NCBI GenBank assembly: GCA_963748815.1
Contig: CAVVKJ010000010.1
Span: 1,056,001-1,120,000 of the forward strand
Direction of reading: 5' to 3'
Origin: an uncultured Gemmatimonadales bacterium
GTDB lineage: Bacteria > Gemmatimonadota > Gemmatimonadetes > Gemmatimonadales > GWC2-71-9
Length of the DNA stretch: 64,000 nucleotides
Every line of letters begins with the position of its first letter. Position 1 is the first letter of the stretch. Positions 22,973-32,422 of the stretch are shown piece by piece. The translations under genes were made by a program, and so were the position numbers. A model generated the notes under the pieces. The model searched no databases. It was not told where the DNA came from and saw only the letters and a program-made list of their open reading frames with translations.

Positions 22973-23849
22973 TCACCCGAGACGGTGGACCCGGAAAAAC
23001 TCCCAGAGGGCCGCGGCGCCGTCGAGCCGACCGCTGGCCGGCCCGGCGACCCAGGGAGGCAGCAGTCGTGGACCACCCGGCCAGTGATGGCCGAGGTCCT
23101 CCACGATCAGGCATCGCACGTCGGCACCAGCCGGGCATCCGCCGGCGCGCAACTCCCGCACCCCCTCGATCCGGTCGGTTCGCGTCGGCGCACCGGTGCA
23201 GCCGTTGAACGCGCACCACCGGTCGAACGACTCCAGCACGGGCGGATGGTACTCGCTCGTCCCCCAGGGAGTCGTCACCTCGCCCCCCTCGACCGGATTC
23301 AGCGGGTCGACGCCGCCGAAGATCATCAGCGCCGGCACCGGCGTGTCCGCGGCCGGCGGCGACACCCAGCAGTGACCGGCGACCGGACCGATGGCCGCCA
23401 CCCGGCCCGCCAGCTCCGCGCCGGCGCGGAACGCCATCGAGGCGCCGTTCGAGAATCCGGCGAGGTAGACCCGGGCCGGGTCGGCGCCCCACGACGCCGA
23501 CCGACCTCGTCAATGACGCCGCCGAGAGGAACCCCACGTCGTCCACGCCGGTGCGCGCGGTGTGCCCGCGGCCCGATCCGTCGTTCCAGGCCTGCGGATT
23601 CTGCAGGAACATGGGAGGCGAGGCGGGATCCCTGCGGGTGCCCTCCGGATACACCAGGAGGAGTCCCTCGCGGTCGGCGAGCTCCGCCCAGCCGGTATTG
23701 CCCAGCGCGAGCTTCGCGGTGCCGCCGGCGCCGTGAAGCAGCACGACCGCGGGCCGGACTCGGCCCCCGATCGACCCCGCCGGATCACGGACCAGGACCC
23801 GTCGTGCCCCCTCCGGTCGCTCGATGTGCAGCTCCCGGAGACCGCTCAT
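22973..23849 (-). CDS. Alpha/beta hydrolase, PHB depolymerase/LpqC-like esterase (frameshifts near 23490-23525)
   Basis: LLHGAGG, VYPEG, AWNDG, VDDVGFL, then VYLAGFSNGASM in another frame, D in GGVDPL, GHHWPGG. Confidence 0.82.
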
Positions 23850-23921
23850 CGACCCTCCGGTGGCGCGCGTCTCGCTGCCCCATCATACTTGTGGGCATTC
23901 CTCTCACTGGAGCCCCACGTC

Positions 23922-24287
23922 ATGTCGCTCATGCTGCTCCTTGCCCTTGGCCTCGCGGCCGGCGTCCTCTCCGGTCTCTTCGGCATTGGCGGCGGCGTCA
24001 TCATCGTATCCACGCTGGTGCTCGTCGGTCGCATGCCGATCCTGCAGGCCACCGGAACTTCGCTCGGGGCGCTCCTCCTCCCCGTCGGGCTCCTCGGCGC
24101 GATGGAGTATCACCGCCGCGGCCTGCTCGACGTCCGGGCCTCCGCGCTCATCGCCCTCGGCCTCTTCCTCGGCGTCTGGTTCGGCGCCAAGATCGCCATG
24201 GGCACGCCCCCGGCGGTGCTGCAGCGGCTGTTCGCCGTCTTCATGATCGTGCTGGCCGTCCGGATGTGGATCGGCGCGGGACGCTGA
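23922..24287 (+). CDS. Half-size TauE/SafE (sulfite exporter) family membrane protein
   Basis: AGVLSGLFGIGGGVIIV, ATGTSL..LLLPVGLLGA; 121 aa. Confidence 0.85.
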   Translation: MSLMLLLALGLAAGVLSGLFGIGGGVIIVSTLVLVGRMPILQATGTSLGALLLPVGLLGAMEYHRRGLLDVRASALIALGLFLGVWFGAKIAMGTPPAVLQRLFAVFMIVLAVRMWIGAGR

Positions 24288-24329
24288 GCGCCCCGCGCCG
24301 ATCGCGGTGAAGCAGCACCCCGCACCGAC

Positions 24330-25856
24330 TCAGTCGGCTCGGGCCATCATCCGCTTGATCGGCAGCACCAGCGCGAACATCACCAGGCCGGAGATGATGG
24401 CGAAGCCGGCCACCGCCCCGAACACCTGCGGCAGGGTGAACTGGGCATAGAAGCCGAGCACGCCGCCGGCGATCAGGTTGCCGACCGAAGCGGCCAGGAA
24501 CCAGACCCCCATCATCATCCCCTTCACCCGGTCCGGCGCCAGTCGCGTCATGGAGCTCAGGCCCACCGGGCTCAGGCTCAACTCGCCGATGGTGTGCAGC
24601 AGGTACGTCGCCACCAGCCACCAGGGGCTCACGAGGACGCCGTTCGCCGAGGCCTTGGCGGCGGCCACCATCACGACGAACCCGAGGCCGACCGACACGA
24701 GGCCGAAGGCGAACTTGGCCGGGCTCGAGGGATCGCGCTTGCCCAAGGCCAGCCAGATCCAGGCGAAGATGGGCGCGAAGATGATGATCAGGAGCGCGTT
24801 GACCGACTGGAACCAGCTTGAGGGGAAGGTGAGGCCGAACACGCTGTTGCGGGTGTTGTCCTGGGCAAAGAGGTTCAGGCTCGTGGCCGCCTGCTCGAAC
24901 GCCGACCAGAAGATGGCGGCGCCCACGAAGAGCACGACGATCACGATCAGCCGCTTCCGCTCCTCGGCGGTCCATGTGTTGCCGAGAAAGAGCCAGGCGA
25001 AGAAGGCGACGACCAGCGCCAGGTAGACCCACTTGAATCCGTCGGTGATGGCCTCGGAACTCACGATCCCCTGCTGGACCAGCAGCGCCATGGCCGCGAT
25101 CACGGCCAGCAACCCGACGAAGCCTCCGACGAGCTGACGCCGCGCCGACTGGCCCTCGGCGGACGCCGGCGGCACGCTCGGGTGAATGCCGGCGTCGCCG
25201 AAGTGCTTCCACCCCATGCGATACTGGATGACGCCGAAGAACATCCCGATGGCGCCGACGCCGAAGCCCCAGTTCCATGAAGTCGCCGGGTTGAAGCCCA
25301 TCCCCTCGAGGATGCCCTTGAACCAGGGGCTCTGCGCGAGTCCGCCCACGATCAGCGGCGCGATGAACGCGCCGAGGTTGATGCCCATGTAGAAGATCGA
25401 GAAGCCGGCGTCGCGGCGCTGGTCGTCCTTGCCGTACAGCTCACCGACGATGGCGCTCACGTTCGGCTTCAGCAGGCCGGTGCCCAGGATGATCAGGGCC
25501 AGGCCGAGGTAGAAGAGCTTCGCGCCCGGCACCGCCAGGCAGAGCTGGCCGAACATGATGAGGATGCCGCCGTAGAACACCGAGCGCCGGAGCCCGAGGA
25601 TCCGGTCGGCCACCCACCCGCCCGGCAAGCCGAGCATGTACACCAGCGCCACGTAGGTGCCGTAGATCGCGCCGGCCCGCCCCACGTCGAAGCCGAGGCC
25701 GCCCGCGGCCACCGAGGCCGTCATGAACAGCACGAGGATGGCGCGCATGCCGTAGTAGGCGAAGCGCTCCCACATCTCGGTGAAGAAGAGCGTGGACAAT
25801 CCCCGGGGGTGCCCGAAGAAGGCCGTATCGCTCGCCGGCGAGGTTCCTGTGGCCAC
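24330..25856 (-). CDS. POT/PTR family proton-dependent oligopeptide transporter
   Basis: FGHPRGL..LFFTEMWERFAYYGM, GTGLLKPN, FYMGINLG, GELSLSPVGLS. Confidence 0.96.
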   Translation of the reverse strand: MATGTSPASDTAFFGHPRGLSTLFFTEMWERFAYYGMRAILVLFMTASVAAGGLGFDVGRAGAIYGTYVALVYMLGLPGGWVADRILGLRRSVFYGGILIMFGQLCLAVPGAKLFYLGLALIILGTGLLKPNVSAIVGELYGKDDQRRDAGFSIFYMGINLGAFIAPLIVGGLAQSPWFKGILEGMGFNPATSWNWGFGVGAIGMFFGVIQYRMGWKHFGDAGIHPSVPPASAEGQSARRQLVGGFVGLLAVIAAMALLVQQGIVSSEAITDGFKWVYLALVVAFFAWLFLGNTWTAEERKRLIVIVVLFVGAAIFWSAFEQAATSLNLFAQDNTRNSVFGLTFPSSWFQSVNALLIIIFAPIFAWIWLALGKRDPSSPAKFAFGLVSVGLGFVVMVAAAKASANGVLVSPWWLVATYLLHTIGELSLSPVGLSSMTRLAPDRVKGMMMGVWFLAASVGNLIAGGVLGFYAQFTLPQVFGAVAGFAIISGLVMFALVLPIKRMMARAD

Positions 25857-25912
25857 GAAGCTGACTCCTGGTTGAAGTGGTCGGGGGGCGGTTCGACGAA
25901 ACGCCCCCCTGG

Positions 25913-26431
25913 CTATCCTTCGCCGCGTACCTTGCGCTTCAGGTGCTCCAGCTGTGCGTCGGCCGCCGATTCCCGCGCGGCGCGGTCCAGCTCGTATCGG
26001 AGCCCGGCATCTTCCACGTCGGGCTCGAGGTTCGGCAGCGGCGCGGCCGCGCCGCGCCGCTGCTGGAACTCCGTGCGCATCGATTCCAGCTCCCGCTCCG
26101 CGAGCGCCAGCTCATCGCGCTGCACCGCCACTTTCCGTTCCAGCAGCTGGACCCGCTCCGCGTGCCGCGCCGTAAACCGGTCCGCCACGTCCGCCGTCTC
26201 CTGGTCGCCGATCTCCGCCGCCATCCGCCCACGTCGTTCCGCGTCGGCCAGCTGCCGCCGCTCCTGCTCCAGCGCCCGTTCGGCGGCGTCGAGCGCGTCG
26301 CGCATCGTCGAGACCCCCACCTTGGCGTCCACCAGCGCGGCATGCAGCGCCTGCTGCTGCTCACGGGCATCCGGCGGCGGCGTCCGCTCGGCGAGGAACC
26401 GATCGAGCCGGGCGCGCAGCTGTTCAAACAC
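25913..26431 (-). CDS. Coiled-coil protein, short PspA/IM30-like
   Basis: Continuous heptad-rich helix, RRGRMAAEIGD.ET..VA, terminal AQLEHLKRK. Confidence 0.6.
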   Translation of the reverse strand: MFEQLRARLDRFLAERTPPPDAREQQQALHAALVDAKVGVSTMRDALDAAERALEQERRQLADAERRGRMAAEIGDQETADVADRFTARHAERVQLLERKVAVQRDELALAERELESMRTEFQQRRGAAAPLPNLEPDVEDAGLRYELDRAARESAADAQLEHLKRKVRGEG

Positions 26432-26433
26432 CG

Positions 26434-26598
26434 TCAGGACTTCCGAATCGTCTTGGCGTAGAACGGAGTGAATACCCGCTCGACCTCGGTGGATCCGCAG
26501 GAGGGGCAGGTCACCTTCACACGGCCGAGGTCCCGCATCGGCAGGTGCCGGGTGAAGGCATGGTCGCAGGAGGCACAGTGAAAATCGTACGATGCCAC
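26434..26598 (-). CDS. FmdB family zinc-ribbon protein
   Basis: YDFHCASCDH...CPSCGS, FYAKT.RKS; GTG start with upstream GAAAGG. Confidence 0.85.
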   Translation of the reverse strand: MASYDFHCASCDHAFTRHLPMRDLGRVKVTCPSCGSTEVERVFTPFYAKTIRKS

Positions 26599-26626
26599 GG
26601 GTCGGGCCTTTCTGGCAGGATGGGGA

Positions 26627-26668
26627 ATGTTACGGATCGGCTTGGGGGGCGTCAAGCGAGGACGCCCC
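26627..26668 (-). promoter_or_regulatory. sigma70 promoter of the zinc-ribbon/PspA-like genes with overlapping inverted repeat
   Basis: Minus strand TTGACG(26655-26650)-17 nt-TAACAT(26632-26627); GGGGCGTC-N7-GACGCCCC (26646-26668) overlaps the -35. Confidence 0.55.
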
Positions 26669-26738
26669 TCGACGCGCCCACCGGGTGTAACTTTCCATGA
26701 CGATCCTGCACCCGGCGCCCCCGACCCGGAGAGTGTCC

Positions 26739-27224
26739 ATGACCCGCCATCCCGCCCTCACGCTGCTGCCCCTCCTGGTGCTCGCCGCCTGTGGCGAGAG
26801 CACGCCAAGGGCCGCGTGCGGACTGGCGGCCCTGGCAGGGCCGGCCATGCTGCTCTCGGAGTTCGCCACGCCGGGCCAGACCCTCGGCCTCCCCCCCGAC
26901 TCGCTCCCGCCCCGGCTCGTCGCCCGCATGGTGGCGGGACCGGCCCTGCCGGCCATCGTCGGTCGGACCGACTCGGGGTGGGTCATCGGCGTCGAAGGCA
27001 CGCTGCCCTCCACCGTGACGCCGGGCTTCGGAGTGCTGGTCATGGAAGTGGACGGCTCGGCGCGGGGAGTCTTGCTCTACGAACGGACGCCCATTGCGCA
27101 GGCGCCGATATTGGGCACGGTGACGATCGATTCGACCACCGTCCCGTTGCTCGGGATCCAGCTCAGCGCAGGGAAGTATGAAGACCCGAAGTGCCCGGTA
27201 TTCCCGGACTCGGTGCTGCGGTAA
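26739..27224 (+). CDS. Hypothetical lipoprotein
   Basis: MTRHPALTLLPLLVLAAC lipobox, SD GGAG; two additional Cys. Confidence 0.7.
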   Translation: MTRHPALTLLPLLVLAACGESTPRAACGLAALAGPAMLLSEFATPGQTLGLPPDSLPPRLVARMVAGPALPAIVGRTDSGWVIGVEGTLPSTVTPGFGVLVMEVDGSARGVLLYERTPIAQAPILGTVTIDSTTVPLLGIQLSAGKYEDPKCPVFPDSVLR

Positions 27225-27230
27225 GGACGT

Positions 27231-27953
27231 CTACAACTGCCCGTCGCCCCGGTGACGGGCGCGGACGAGGCGATCTTCCGTCAGGATGTTCGGAAAGAAG
27301 ACCCGGTCGCTGAGCATCGTGAGGGCGCCCCGCACCACCTCGAAGCGATCGGCGGCGATGCGGAAGACGGCCTCGAGTCCCAGCCGGTCGGCGAGCGCGT
27401 GCTGGGCCGCGAGCGCGTACCCCCGGCGCCCGAGGGAATCGTAGTAGTTGAGGCCGGGGCCGCCGCGGCGGGCGCGCCGGGCGGCGATGTAGTCGGGAAA
27501 GACCCCCGCGAGCCACAGCGCGTAATTGCCCAGGTGCGCCATCACTTTGAACCGCCGGTCGCCCTCCGTCTGCTCGAGGTCGGCCACGATGTCGACGAGG
27601 TACCGATGCCGCTGGTCGTCGTTCCAGTCCACGCGCCAGGCGCGATCGCGCTGGCCGAAGGCGAGGAGGAGCGCCGCGAGGTAGTCGGCGAGATCGGCGT
27701 CATCCACCCCCTCGGTGCGGAGCGCATGGCGAACCATCACGTAGAGAAAGAGCGCCTCGGAGGGGGCGAGCAGCGTGCGAACGGCGAGCAGGCGCTCCGC
27801 CAGTTCCGGCGCGTCGAGCAGCGGCCCCGGGCCTTCGCGCTCGAGGCGGCGCTCCCAGCGGGCGCGCGCCACCGCGGACCCCCCCGCCAGGAGCAGCAGG
27901 ACGAGCTGCAGATCGGACGATTCCAGGTGTCCCCGGGTGTCTGCCACGATCAT
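27231..27953 (-). CDS. Conserved hypothetical all-helical protein
   Basis: ATG at 27953 with SD GGAG; motifs LADYLAALL, YLVDI, HLGNYALWLAGVFPD, YY..LGRRGY. Confidence 0.75.
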   Translation of the reverse strand: MIVADTRGHLESSDLQLVLLLLAGGSAVARARWERRLEREGPGPLLDAPELAERLLAVRTLLAPSEALFLYVMVRHALRTEGVDDADLADYLAALLLAFGQRDRAWRVDWNDDQRHRYLVDIVADLEQTEGDRRFKVMAHLGNYALWLAGVFPDYIAARRARRGGPGLNYYDSLGRRGYALAAQHALADRLGLEAVFRIAADRFEVVRGALTMLSDRVFFPNILTEDRLVRARHRGDGQL

Positions 27954-27966
27954 CTGGTGGTCTCCC

Positions 27967-29844
27967 GTGATTGAGCCCGCCACCCTCCGCCGCGTGACGG
28001 AGTTCTCGCGATCCCTGCTGGCGGCCCGCGAGGAGCCGCAGGTGGTCGCGCGACTCGGCGAGGCGCTGCGCACGGCATTCGCCAACGCAGCCGTGGCCAC
28101 CGCGCTCTTCGACAAGAACCGCGCAATCCTCGTGCCCATCCCGGTCCCGGGAGCCGGCCCATCTGCGGCCCCCGCCCCGCTCGAAGCCGCGATGGTCGGC
28201 CCGATCGAGAGCGGCACCGCCGAAGGGACCTGGCTCGCCGCCCCGATCAGCGTCAACGGAGGGGCCGTCGGCTCCGCCGCCATCCTCATCCGCGGGCGGG
28301 CGGTCACGCCGGCGGACCGGGCAATCCTCGAGGCGCATCTCGAGGCGGTCTCGATCGCGCTGGAGCACCTCCGCCGGGAGGCGGCGCACGAGGATGCCCG
28401 GCGCTCCTGGGAGCGGCTGGTCGACGCAGTGCCCTACGCCCTCTGCCTGGTCGATGCGCAGGGCCGCGCGCGCCGCGCCAATCGGGCCTTTGCCGACCTG
28501 GTCCACGCCCCGACCACCGCCATCGCCGGGCGGCCCTGGCTGGCCCTCGTGCCGCCCGCGTGGGGTGAGGGGCTGGCCGAGGCCCTCGCAGCCCCCGGCA
28601 CCGGTCGCGAAGTGCAACTGCGCGCCGGACCCCGCACCTTCGCAGTCAGCGCCTATCCGATCGGGCACATGCCGGGCGACGCCGTCCTGGTGTTCGAGGA
28701 CCAGACCGACCGCCGCCGGCTGCAGGACCAGCTGATCCAATCTGAGAAGATGTCGGCCATCGGACAACTGATCGCCGGCATCGCCCACGACCTGAACAAC
28801 CCGCTGGCCTCGGTCATCGGCTTTGCCGACTTCCTGCTCGAGGGGCGCGACGTCCCCCCGCCTCTCGTGGAGCCGGTGCGCGTCATCCAGCAGGAAGCGG
28901 AACGGGCCGCCAACATCGTGCGCAACCTGCTCAACTTCGCGCGCAAGCAGGATCACGCCCGCCGCCCGACCGAACTCGAACCATTGCTGCACGCCACGCT
29001 CACGCTGCTTCGCACCCAGATGGTGTCCCGCCGCGTCGAGCTGCTGCTCGACATCGAGCCAAAGCTCCCGAGCATCGACGCCGACGCCGGCCAGGTGCAG
29101 CAGGTGTTCGTCAACCTCATCAACAACGCGGCCCATGCCATCGAGTCCGCCGGGCGCGCCGGCCGCGTGGTGATCCGCGCCCGCCCGTGGCGCGACGGAG
29201 TGGCCGTCGAGGTCAGCGACGACGGGCCGGGCATGACGCCCGATGTGGCGGCACAGGTCTTCGAGCCCTTCTTCACCACCAAGCCGGAGGGACAGGGCAC
29301 CGGACTCGGCCTCTCGATCTGCCAGGGCATCGTGAAGGAGCACGGGGGTCGCATCGTCCTGTCCACCGCCCCCGCGCAGGGGGCGCGATTCACCGTCGAA
29401 CTTCCCCGCAGCAGCCGGGGCGTCGAGGCGCCGGCCCCCGCGGCGGCACCCGATGCCGCCGCGACGCCGCCGCTCCGCATCCTGGTCATCGACGACGAAC
29501 CGCACATCCTGCACTACATGCGCGCCACGCTGGAGGCGTGGGGGCATGGGGTCGAAGTCGCAGGGGACGGCGAGGAGGGGCTCGCGCTAGCGGCTGCCGG
29601 CGGCTTCGACCTCATCCTCTCCGACCTCCGGATGCCCCGCCTCACCGGGCGCGAGTTCTTCGCAGCGCTCAAGGAACGCAATCCCGAAGCCGCCAGCCGG
29701 GTGGTCTTCAGTACCGGCGACACCGTGCACGGCGACACCACGGCCTTCCTCGAATCGCAGCCACACCCCTTCCTGAACAAGCCGTTCAGTCTCGCCGAAC
29801 TGCGCGCCCTCCTCGCCCGCTCGGCGCCCACGCCGCTCGCATGA
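27967..29844 (+). CDS. Cytoplasmic hybrid sensor histidine kinase (GAF-like, PAS, HisKA, HATPase, REC)
   Basis: EKMSAIGQLIAGIAHDLNNPL, QVFVNLINNA, DDGPG, FFTTK..GQGTGLGL, receiver IDDE..SDLRMP..KPF. Confidence 0.93.
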   Translation: MIEPATLRRVTEFSRSLLAAREEPQVVARLGEALRTAFANAAVATALFDKNRAILVPIPVPGAGPSAAPAPLEAAMVGPIESGTAEGTWLAAPISVNGGAVGSAAILIRGRAVTPADRAILEAHLEAVSIALEHLRREAAHEDARRSWERLVDAVPYALCLVDAQGRARRANRAFADLVHAPTTAIAGRPWLALVPPAWGEGLAEALAAPGTGREVQLRAGPRTFAVSAYPIGHMPGDAVLVFEDQTDRRRLQDQLIQSEKMSAIGQLIAGIAHDLNNPLASVIGFADFLLEGRDVPPPLVEPVRVIQQEAERAANIVRNLLNFARKQDHARRPTELEPLLHATLTLLRTQMVSRRVELLLDIEPKLPSIDADAGQVQQVFVNLINNAAHAIESAGRAGRVVIRARPWRDGVAVEVSDDGPGMTPDVAAQVFEPFFTTKPEGQGTGLGLSICQGIVKEHGGRIVLSTAPAQGARFTVELPRSSRGVEAPAPAAAPDAAATPPLRILVIDDEPHILHYMRATLEAWGHGVEVAGDGEEGLALAAAGGFDLILSDLRMPRLTGREFFAALKERNPEAASRVVFSTGDTVHGDTTAFLESQPHPFLNKPFSLAELRALLARSAPTPLA

Positions 29845-30911
29845 CCACGCATGTCGTGCACGTCGCCTCCGGCCGGGAATGGCGGGGCGGGCAGCGGCAG
29901 GTCCGCCTGCTCGCCCGGGCGCTCGCGAGGCATGCCGAGGTCACGCAGGTCGTCGTCACGGGACGGGAGAGCGAGTTGGCCCGGCGGCTGGCCGAGGACG
30001 GGATTCCGGTCCGCACGCCGACCTGGAACGGCGCGTTCGGACTTGGCCCGCTGCTCGCCACCCTGCGCGCCGCCCACCGCACCACCGTGCTCCACGCCCA
30101 CGACAGCCACGCCCTGACGCTCGCCGCCCTCGTGCGTGGCGCGACGGGGGCGGCGCTCGTCGCGACGCGGCGGGTGGACTTCCCGCTGCGGCGCACCGGA
30201 TTCTGGCGGTTCGCCGGGCGAATCATCGCCGTCTCGGCCGCCGTCCGGGACGCCCTGGTCGCGAGCGGCATCCCAGCGGCGAAAGTCGACGTGGTGCCCG
30301 ATGGCATCGCGGTCGACGAGGTCGCCCGGACCGAACGGATCGACCCGCGCCCCGGGCTCGGGCTCACCCCAGGTACCCCCCTGGTCATGGCCACCGGGGC
30401 CCTTGTGGGGCACAAGGGCCACGCGACCCTCATCCGGGCCGCGGCAATCGTCGCCGCCGAGCGCCCCGACCTCCACTGGGCCATCGCCGGCCAGGGGCCG
30501 CTCCGCGGGTCGCTCGACGCCCTCGTTCGCGAGCTGGGGCTCGAGGGTCGGGTGCACCTCCTCGGCGAGGTGCCCGAGGCCGTCCGGCTGGTGGCAACGG
30601 CCGACCTCTTCGTCATGCCGTCGACCATGGAAGGTCTCGGCACCTCGGTGCTCGACGCGATGGCGCTCGGCATTCCGGTCGTCGCCACCCGCGCCGGCGG
30701 AATTCCCGAGGTGCTGGCCGGTGGCGCCGGGCGCCTGGTGGACCCCGGCGATCCGGTCGCGCTCGCCGCCGCCACGCTCGAGGCGCTCGGGAATCCCGCC
30801 CTCCGGCAGGCCCTCACCGACCGCGCCCGGGAGGCCGTCCGCCGCTACAGCGACGAAAGGATGGCCGAGGGCGTCCTACGGGTATATCGTTCCCTCACTT
30901 CAGCCCAATGA
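29841..30911 (+). CDS. Glycosyltransferase family 4
   Basis: WRGGQRQ, HAHDSHA, TRRVDF, HKG, PS..EGLGTSVLDAM..G.PVV. Confidence 0.92.
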   Translation: MTTHVVHVASGREWRGGQRQVRLLARALARHAEVTQVVVTGRESELARRLAEDGIPVRTPTWNGAFGLGPLLATLRAAHRTTVLHAHDSHALTLAALVRGATGAALVATRRVDFPLRRTGFWRFAGRIIAVSAAVRDALVASGIPAAKVDVVPDGIAVDEVARTERIDPRPGLGLTPGTPLVMATGALVGHKGHATLIRAAAIVAAERPDLHWAIAGQGPLRGSLDALVRELGLEGRVHLLGEVPEAVRLVATADLFVMPSTMEGLGTSVLDAMALGIPVVATRAGGIPEVLAGGAGRLVDPGDPVALAAATLEALGNPALRQALTDRAREAVRRYSDERMAEGVLRVYRSLTSAQ

Positions 30912-30917
30912 TGAGCA

Positions 30918-31658
30918 ATGCTTTATATCTGCATTCCGAGCCGAAACGAAGCGCCCACCGTCGGCCTCCTCCTCTGGAAGATCCGGCAGGTGTTCACCGC
31001 CGCCCCCCGCGAGTATCACCTCCTCGTCGGGGACGACGCGTCGAGCGATGCGACCAAGGAGGTGCTGGCGCCGTATTCCAAGGTCCTGCCGCTGACCATC
31101 CTGCGACAGGACCGGCACCAGGGGTACGCCCGGACGGTCGAACACCTCCTGCGCCACGCCGTCACCCTGAGCGACCGCCCCCGGCGGGACGCGGCCGTCG
31201 TGCTGCGGGCCGACTTTCTCCACGATCCGGCGACGATTCCTGAACTGCTGAAGAAGTTTGACAGCGGCGCGGACCTGGTCGTGGCGGAGAGCCAGGGCGA
31301 GGGGGCGCCGACCCGCGGCCATCGGTGGCTGCGGCGCTATGCCCCGTTGCTGCTCCGCCGGCGGGTCCGCGTGCCCGGCGTGCGCGACACCGCCAGCGGC
31401 TTCCTCGCCATGCGGCTCAGCGTCGCGAAGGACGCCCTTCCCGGCGACGGACCGGTGCTCACCGCCGACGGCTGGGCCGCGAACGCCGAGTTGATTGCGC
31501 GGGCGGCCGCCGCCTCCCGGAAGATCGAGAGCGTCCCGACGCAGGAGCGCTACGACCTCCTGCAGCGTCCCCTCGACTCCGATCCCTGGGCCGCCGCCCG
31601 GGCGCTCTGGCGGACGGCCGGCGCGCTCCGGATTCCCGTGGCCGCGGGGCCTCGATGA
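30918..31658 (+). CDS. Glycosyltransferase family 2 (DPM1-like fold)
   Basis: ICIPSRNEA, DDASSDAT, RADFLHDP, DLVVA, RDTASGF. Confidence 0.8.
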   Translation: MLYICIPSRNEAPTVGLLLWKIRQVFTAAPREYHLLVGDDASSDATKEVLAPYSKVLPLTILRQDRHQGYARTVEHLLRHAVTLSDRPRRDAAVVLRADFLHDPATIPELLKKFDSGADLVVAESQGEGAPTRGHRWLRRYAPLLLRRRVRVPGVRDTASGFLAMRLSVAKDALPGDGPVLTADGWAANAELIARAAAASRKIESVPTQERYDLLQRPLDSDPWAAARALWRTAGALRIPVAAGPR

Positions 31659-32422
31659 TCGGCGCCGCACTCCTCCTCGCCCTGCAGGCGCCGCTCGCCG
31701 CGCCGCCTGCGGCGAAACCACCGCCGGCCTATCCCTTCGCCGTCGGCGAGCGGCTGACCTACTCGGCCAAGCTCGGCATCGTCACGCTCGGCGAGGGACA
31801 TGTGGAAGTGGCCCGGATGGACACGGTCCGGGGAGTCGAAGCCTTCCTCTTCCGCTTCACGCTGGCCGGCGGCGTGCCGCTCTACAGCCTCGACGACACG
31901 CTCGAGTCGTGGACCGGGGTCGACGACCTCCTCTCCCGGCGCTTCGTGCAGCGCCAGTTCGAGGGCGGCAAGACGCGCTTCCGCCACTACGAGATCTTCC
32001 CCGACTCGGGCCTCTACCACGAGTACCAGACCAAGAAGACCGGACTCTCGTCCGAGTACCCCATCGACGACGCCGGCTTCCTCTACTTTGTGCGGGTCAC
32101 CCCGCTCGAGGTCGGCAAGACCTACGAATTCGACCGGTACTTCCGGAAGGAACTCAATCCGGTGGTGCTGAAGGTGCACAAGCGGGAGGAGATGGAGCTC
32201 CCCGACGGGTCGAAGGTGCAGTGCCTCGTGGTGCAGCCGATCGTCGGCGAGAAGCGGAGCCTCTTCGGACGACAGTCCGACACACGGGTCTGGCTCACCG
32301 ACGACGAACGGCGGATCCCGGTGCAGATTCGCATCCGGTTCCCCTTCGGGACCATCACGATGCGACTCAAGGAGATGCAGCTCCCCCCGGCCCCGACGAG
32401 CAAGGCCGACGCACCGGCATGA
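31655..32422 (+). CDS. DUF3108 family exported protein
   Basis: Signal peptide; PFAVGERLTY, LYFVR..PL, VWLTDDERRIPVQI...FG. Confidence 0.82.
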   Translation: MIGAALLLALQAPLAAPPAAKPPPAYPFAVGERLTYSAKLGIVTLGEGHVEVARMDTVRGVEAFLFRFTLAGGVPLYSLDDTLESWTGVDDLLSRRFVQRQFEGGKTRFRHYEIFPDSGLYHEYQTKKTGLSSEYPIDDAGFLYFVRVTPLEVGKTYEFDRYFRKELNPVVLKVHKREEMELPDGSKVQCLVVQPIVGEKRSLFGRQSDTRVWLTDDERRIPVQIRIRFPFGTITMRLKEMQLPPAPTSKADAPA

